Translations under genes and position numbers: made by a program
Notes under the pieces: generated by a model
What the model saw: the letters and a program-made list of their open reading frames with translations, nothing else
What the model was told of the DNA's origin: nothing
The model's database searches: none
Part shown: piece after piece, positions 8,238 to 10,778 of the stretch
Numbering within the stretch: the first letter of the stretch is position 1
How the letters are laid out: the number at the start of each line of letters is the position of its first letter
NCBI GenBank assembly: GCA_041497895.1
Contig: JBGQHJ010000160.1
Coordinates: forward strand, 1 to 10,778
Origin: Candidatus Methylomirabilia bacterium
Lineage (GTDB): Bacteria; Methylomirabilota; Methylomirabilia; Rokubacteriales; CSP1-6
Reading direction: 5' to 3'
DNA length: 10,778 nucleotides

Positions 8238-8801
8238 ATGACGGCGCGACGATTCCTGGCGCCGCTCGCGTGGTCGGCGCTGATCGCCTGGTTCTCGAGC
8301 GACGGCTGGGGCGCGGGCGCGACGTCTCCCCTGCTCGAGCCCTGGCTGCGCGCGCTCGCGCCGTGGGCCGCCCCCGAGCAGATCGCCGCATTCCACTGGC
8401 TCGCGCGCAAGGCGGGCCACGTCGGCGAGTACGCGGTGCTCGCCCTGCTCTGGCGGCGAGCGCTGGGCCGCACGGGCTGGCGCGGGCCGCTCTTGCTCGC
8501 GGTGCTCACCGCCGCGCTCGACGAGGCGCATCAGGCCACCACCCTCACCCGCGAGGGCAGCGTGGCCGACGTGCTGCTCGACAGCGTCACGGCGGCGGGC
8601 GCCCTCGCGGTGGCCGCGCTCGGATTCCGGCCGAGCGCCGATCACCTCGCGCGCCTCCTGCTGTGGGCCGCCGCCGCGGGCGGCACCGTGCTCCTCGCGA
8701 TCGACGTCGCGGCCGCCGCGCCCTCGGGATGGCTCTGGCTCACGGTGCCGGCGGCGTGGTTCACGCTCTGGGCCTGGCGATGGAGGCGCGCCCGCGCGTG
8801 A
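8238..8801 (+). CDS. VanZ-family membrane protein with a hydrophobic C-terminal extension, about 187 aa
   Basis: RKAGHVGEYAVL, DEAHQ and REGSVADVLLD match the VanZ pattern RKxxHxxEY...DExxQ...R.gs..D...D. Start is GTG 8235 or ATG 8238; the track start at 8187 lies within the helicase promoter. Confidence 0.85.
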   Translation: MTARRFLAPLAWSALIAWFSSDGWGAGATSPLLEPWLRALAPWAAPEQIAAFHWLARKAGHVGEYAVLALLWRRALGRTGWRGPLLLAVLTAALDEAHQATTLTREGSVADVLLDSVTAAGALAVAALGFRPSADHLARLLLWAAAAGGTVLLAIDVAAAAPSGWLWLTVPAAWFTLWAWRWRRARA

Positions 8802-10252
8802 GCGATCTGCCCGCGTGGCGACAGGGCGACCTGCCGCACGCGCCCGCCTACAATCCCATCAACCTGGTCCGCGTCATCGGGCCGGGCGCGATCCTGCTCG
8901 GGCTCTCCCTGGGCGCGGGCGACTGGCTGCTCGGCCCTGCCATCGCGGCCGCCTACGGGCCGAGCCTCCTCTGGATCTGCACGCTGTCGATCCTCTTCCA
9001 GGGCGTGCTCAACACCGAGATGGCCCGCTACACCCTCGCGACCGGCGAGCCCGTGTTCACCGGCTTCATGCGCCAGCGACCCGGGCCGCGCACCTGGGCC
9101 GTCGTCTACTCGCTGCTGCACCTGGCCCAGGTCGGCTGGGCCGGCTGGGCGCTCGCCGGCGGGTCGGCCCTCGCCGCGCTGATGCTCGGCCGGATGCCGC
9201 GCGAGGAGGACCGCGCCATCACGCTGGGGCTCGGCTACCTGCTCTTCCTCGCCGCGGTGGGCCTCGTGCTCGCCGGCCGCCACCTCCATCGCGCGCTCGA
9301 GATCGTCGAGTGGATCATGATGGGCTGGATGCTGCTGTTCCTGGCCGCCCTCGCCCTGCTCTTCGTGCCGGGGCCGGTGTGGACCGCGCTCGGGTGGAGC
9401 TTCGCGGGCCGGCCGCTGTGGGAGCCGCGCCTGCTGCCCACGCTCCCGGTCGACGGCACCCTCGACTGGCTGCTCGTCGCCGGCTTCGCGGCCTACTCGG
9501 GCGCGGGCGGCACCGTGAACGCCATGCTCACCTACTGGCTGCGCGACAAGGGGTTCGGCATGGCGGGCACGGTGGGCGTCCAGCCCACCACGGTGGGCGC
9601 GCAGATCCTCCTGCTGCCGCGGGAGGGGGCGATCTTCCCGCCGAGCGAGGCCAACCTCGCCAAGTGGCGCGAGTGGTGGCGCTACCTCCGCGCCGACCTC
9701 TTCTCTCTGTGGACGGTGGTGTGCCTGGTCGGCATGGCCCTGCCGGTGGCCCTGGCCCTCGACGCGGTGCCGCGCAACACCGACGTGAGCGGCCTCGGCG
9801 CGGGCGCGGTCTTCGCGCGCGAGCTCGCGCGGCGCTACGGGGCGGTGCTCTGGATGCCCGCCCTCCTCACCGCACTCTGGATCTTCTTCTCGACCCAGGT
9901 GGGGATCGCGGAGGGCTTCGCCCGCCACGTGACCGAGATGCTGTGGACCGCGGGCGCGCGGCCCGGGACCAAGGGGCCGGCCTGGCTCTTCTACCCCATG
10001 CTCGCGGTTTTCGTGGTGACCGGCGCCCTCGCCATGACGAGGGCGGCGCCGCTCACCCTGATCCTCGTCGGGGCCAACGTGGCCGCGCTCAACTTCGCGG
10101 TCCTGTCCTTCCACACCCTGCGCCTGAACCGCGCGCTGCTCCCGGAGCCGCTGCGGCCGCCGCGCTGGCGGGAGGCGGTGGTGGCGCTGGGCGGGCTCGC
10201 GTTCGCGTTTCTGGTCGCGCGCGTCCTGGCCCGGCTCCTGCTCGGGCTCTAG
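8798..10252 (+). CDS. Nramp-related (LeuT/APC-fold) secondary transporter, 484 aa
   Basis: IGPGAILLGLSLGAGDWLLGP...YGPSLLW...FQGVLNTEMARYTLATGEP resembles the Nramp-superfamily N-terminus, with many hydrophobic segments. GTG 8798 overlaps the vanZ TGA (GTGA), with GGAGG at 8782-8786. The track's extension to 8270 is low-complexity shadow of vanZ. Confidence 0.82.
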   Translation: MSDLPAWRQGDLPHAPAYNPINLVRVIGPGAILLGLSLGAGDWLLGPAIAAAYGPSLLWICTLSILFQGVLNTEMARYTLATGEPVFTGFMRQRPGPRTWAVVYSLLHLAQVGWAGWALAGGSALAALMLGRMPREEDRAITLGLGYLLFLAAVGLVLAGRHLHRALEIVEWIMMGWMLLFLAALALLFVPGPVWTALGWSFAGRPLWEPRLLPTLPVDGTLDWLLVAGFAAYSGAGGTVNAMLTYWLRDKGFGMAGTVGVQPTTVGAQILLLPREGAIFPPSEANLAKWREWWRYLRADLFSLWTVVCLVGMALPVALALDAVPRNTDVSGLGAGAVFARELARRYGAVLWMPALLTALWIFFSTQVGIAEGFARHVTEMLWTAGARPGTKGPAWLFYPMLAVFVVTGALAMTRAAPLTLILVGANVAALNFAVLSFHTLRLNRALLPEPLRPPRWREAVVALGGLAFAFLVARVLARLLLGL

Positions 10253-10778
10253 CCCGCGTCGCCGTCCCGCCGGATCGTCTGGCCGTTGGCCAGCACCAGC
10301 CGCAGGTCGCCGAGCGCCTGCAGGCGCTCCGCCGGATCGCCCGCCACCGCGATGAGGTCAGCCGCGTAGCCGGGCGCGATGCGCCCGGTCACCGCGCCCA
10401 GCCCGAGGCAGTCGGCCGCCACGGTGGTGGCGGAGCGGATCGCCTCGAGCGGGGTCATGCCGTACTTCACCATCAGCTCGAGCTCCGGCAGCAGCGAGCC
10501 GTGGAAGTTCAGCGGGGTACCCGAGTCCGCTCCCGCCGCTATCCGCACCCCCGCGCGGTGCGCGAGCTGGAAGCTGGCCACGTGCGGGGCCAGGACCAGC
10601 TCCGACTTGCGCACCATGAACTCCGGGATGCCGGCCGCGAGCCCGCCCGAGGCGATCGCCACCGGCGCGTTGAGGGTCGCGACCAGGAACGTGCCGTCGC
10701 GCCGCATGTGCGCCACGATCTCCTCGGTGAGGAAGATTCCGTGCTCGATGGAGGTGATCCCGGCCGCGATCGCGTCGC
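10249..10778 (-). CDS. Metal-dependent amidohydrolase (Xaa-Pro dipeptidase-like subgroup), C-terminal part (start lies beyond the right edge)
   Basis: Frame is open to the edge: DAIAAGITSIEHGIFLTEE...VRIAAGADSGTP...GMTPLEAIRSATTVAA...GRIAPGYAADLIAVAGDP. IEHG and GxD carry the expected metal-ligand and catalytic residues. Confidence 0.9.
   Translation of the reverse strand, partial: DAIAAGITSIEHGIFLTEEIVAHMRRDGTFLVATLNAPVAIASGGLAAGIPEFMVRKSELVLAPHVASFQLAHRAGVRIAAGADSGTPLNFHGSLLPELELMVKYGMTPLEAIRSATTVAADCLGLGAVTGRIAPGYAADLIAVAGDPAERLQALGDLRLVLANGQTIRRDGDAG

Noticed and set aside
8238..8801. Glycopeptide resistance cluster
   Set aside because: No vanH/A/X/R/S genes. The dehydrogenase at 2897 is glyoxylate-reductase-like and unlinked, and VanZ domains are widespread outside van clusters.
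8173..10114. 660-aa version of the transporter starting at 8270, and minus-strand ORFs 8173..8391, 8184..8645, 8201..8509 and 8642..10114
   Set aside because: The first 176 aa are an Arg-rich off-frame shadow of vanZ. The minus-strand ORFs are motif-free antisense shadows.

Overview
High-GC bacterial window, mostly housekeeping and stress genes. Left to right: the 5' part of an isochorismatase-family cysteine hydrolase (minus strand, runs off the left edge, absent from the ORF track); an unannotated 49-aa CxxC...HxxC zinc-finger-like microprotein with a strong RBS (also absent from the track); a groES-groEL operon with a perfect CIRCE overlapping a sigma70-type promoter; a divergent glyoxylate-reductase-like dehydrogenase and a LysE-family exporter; a convergent pair of YprA/MrfA-type DUF1998 helicase and YprB/MrfB-type DEDDh exonuclease, apparently transcribed leaderless; a divergent VanZ-family plus Nramp-like transporter pair; and the 3' part of an amidohydrolase (runs off the right edge). 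I saw no mobile element, CRISPR array, tRNA or rRNA, and I cannot support a wholly new multi-gene system. The best novelty candidates are the hidden microprotein downstream of groEL (with an internal codon-usage break), the palindromic candidate operator of the hydrolase, and the compact mrfA-like/vanZ divergent promoter. All family calls come from motif recognition by eye, not database searches.
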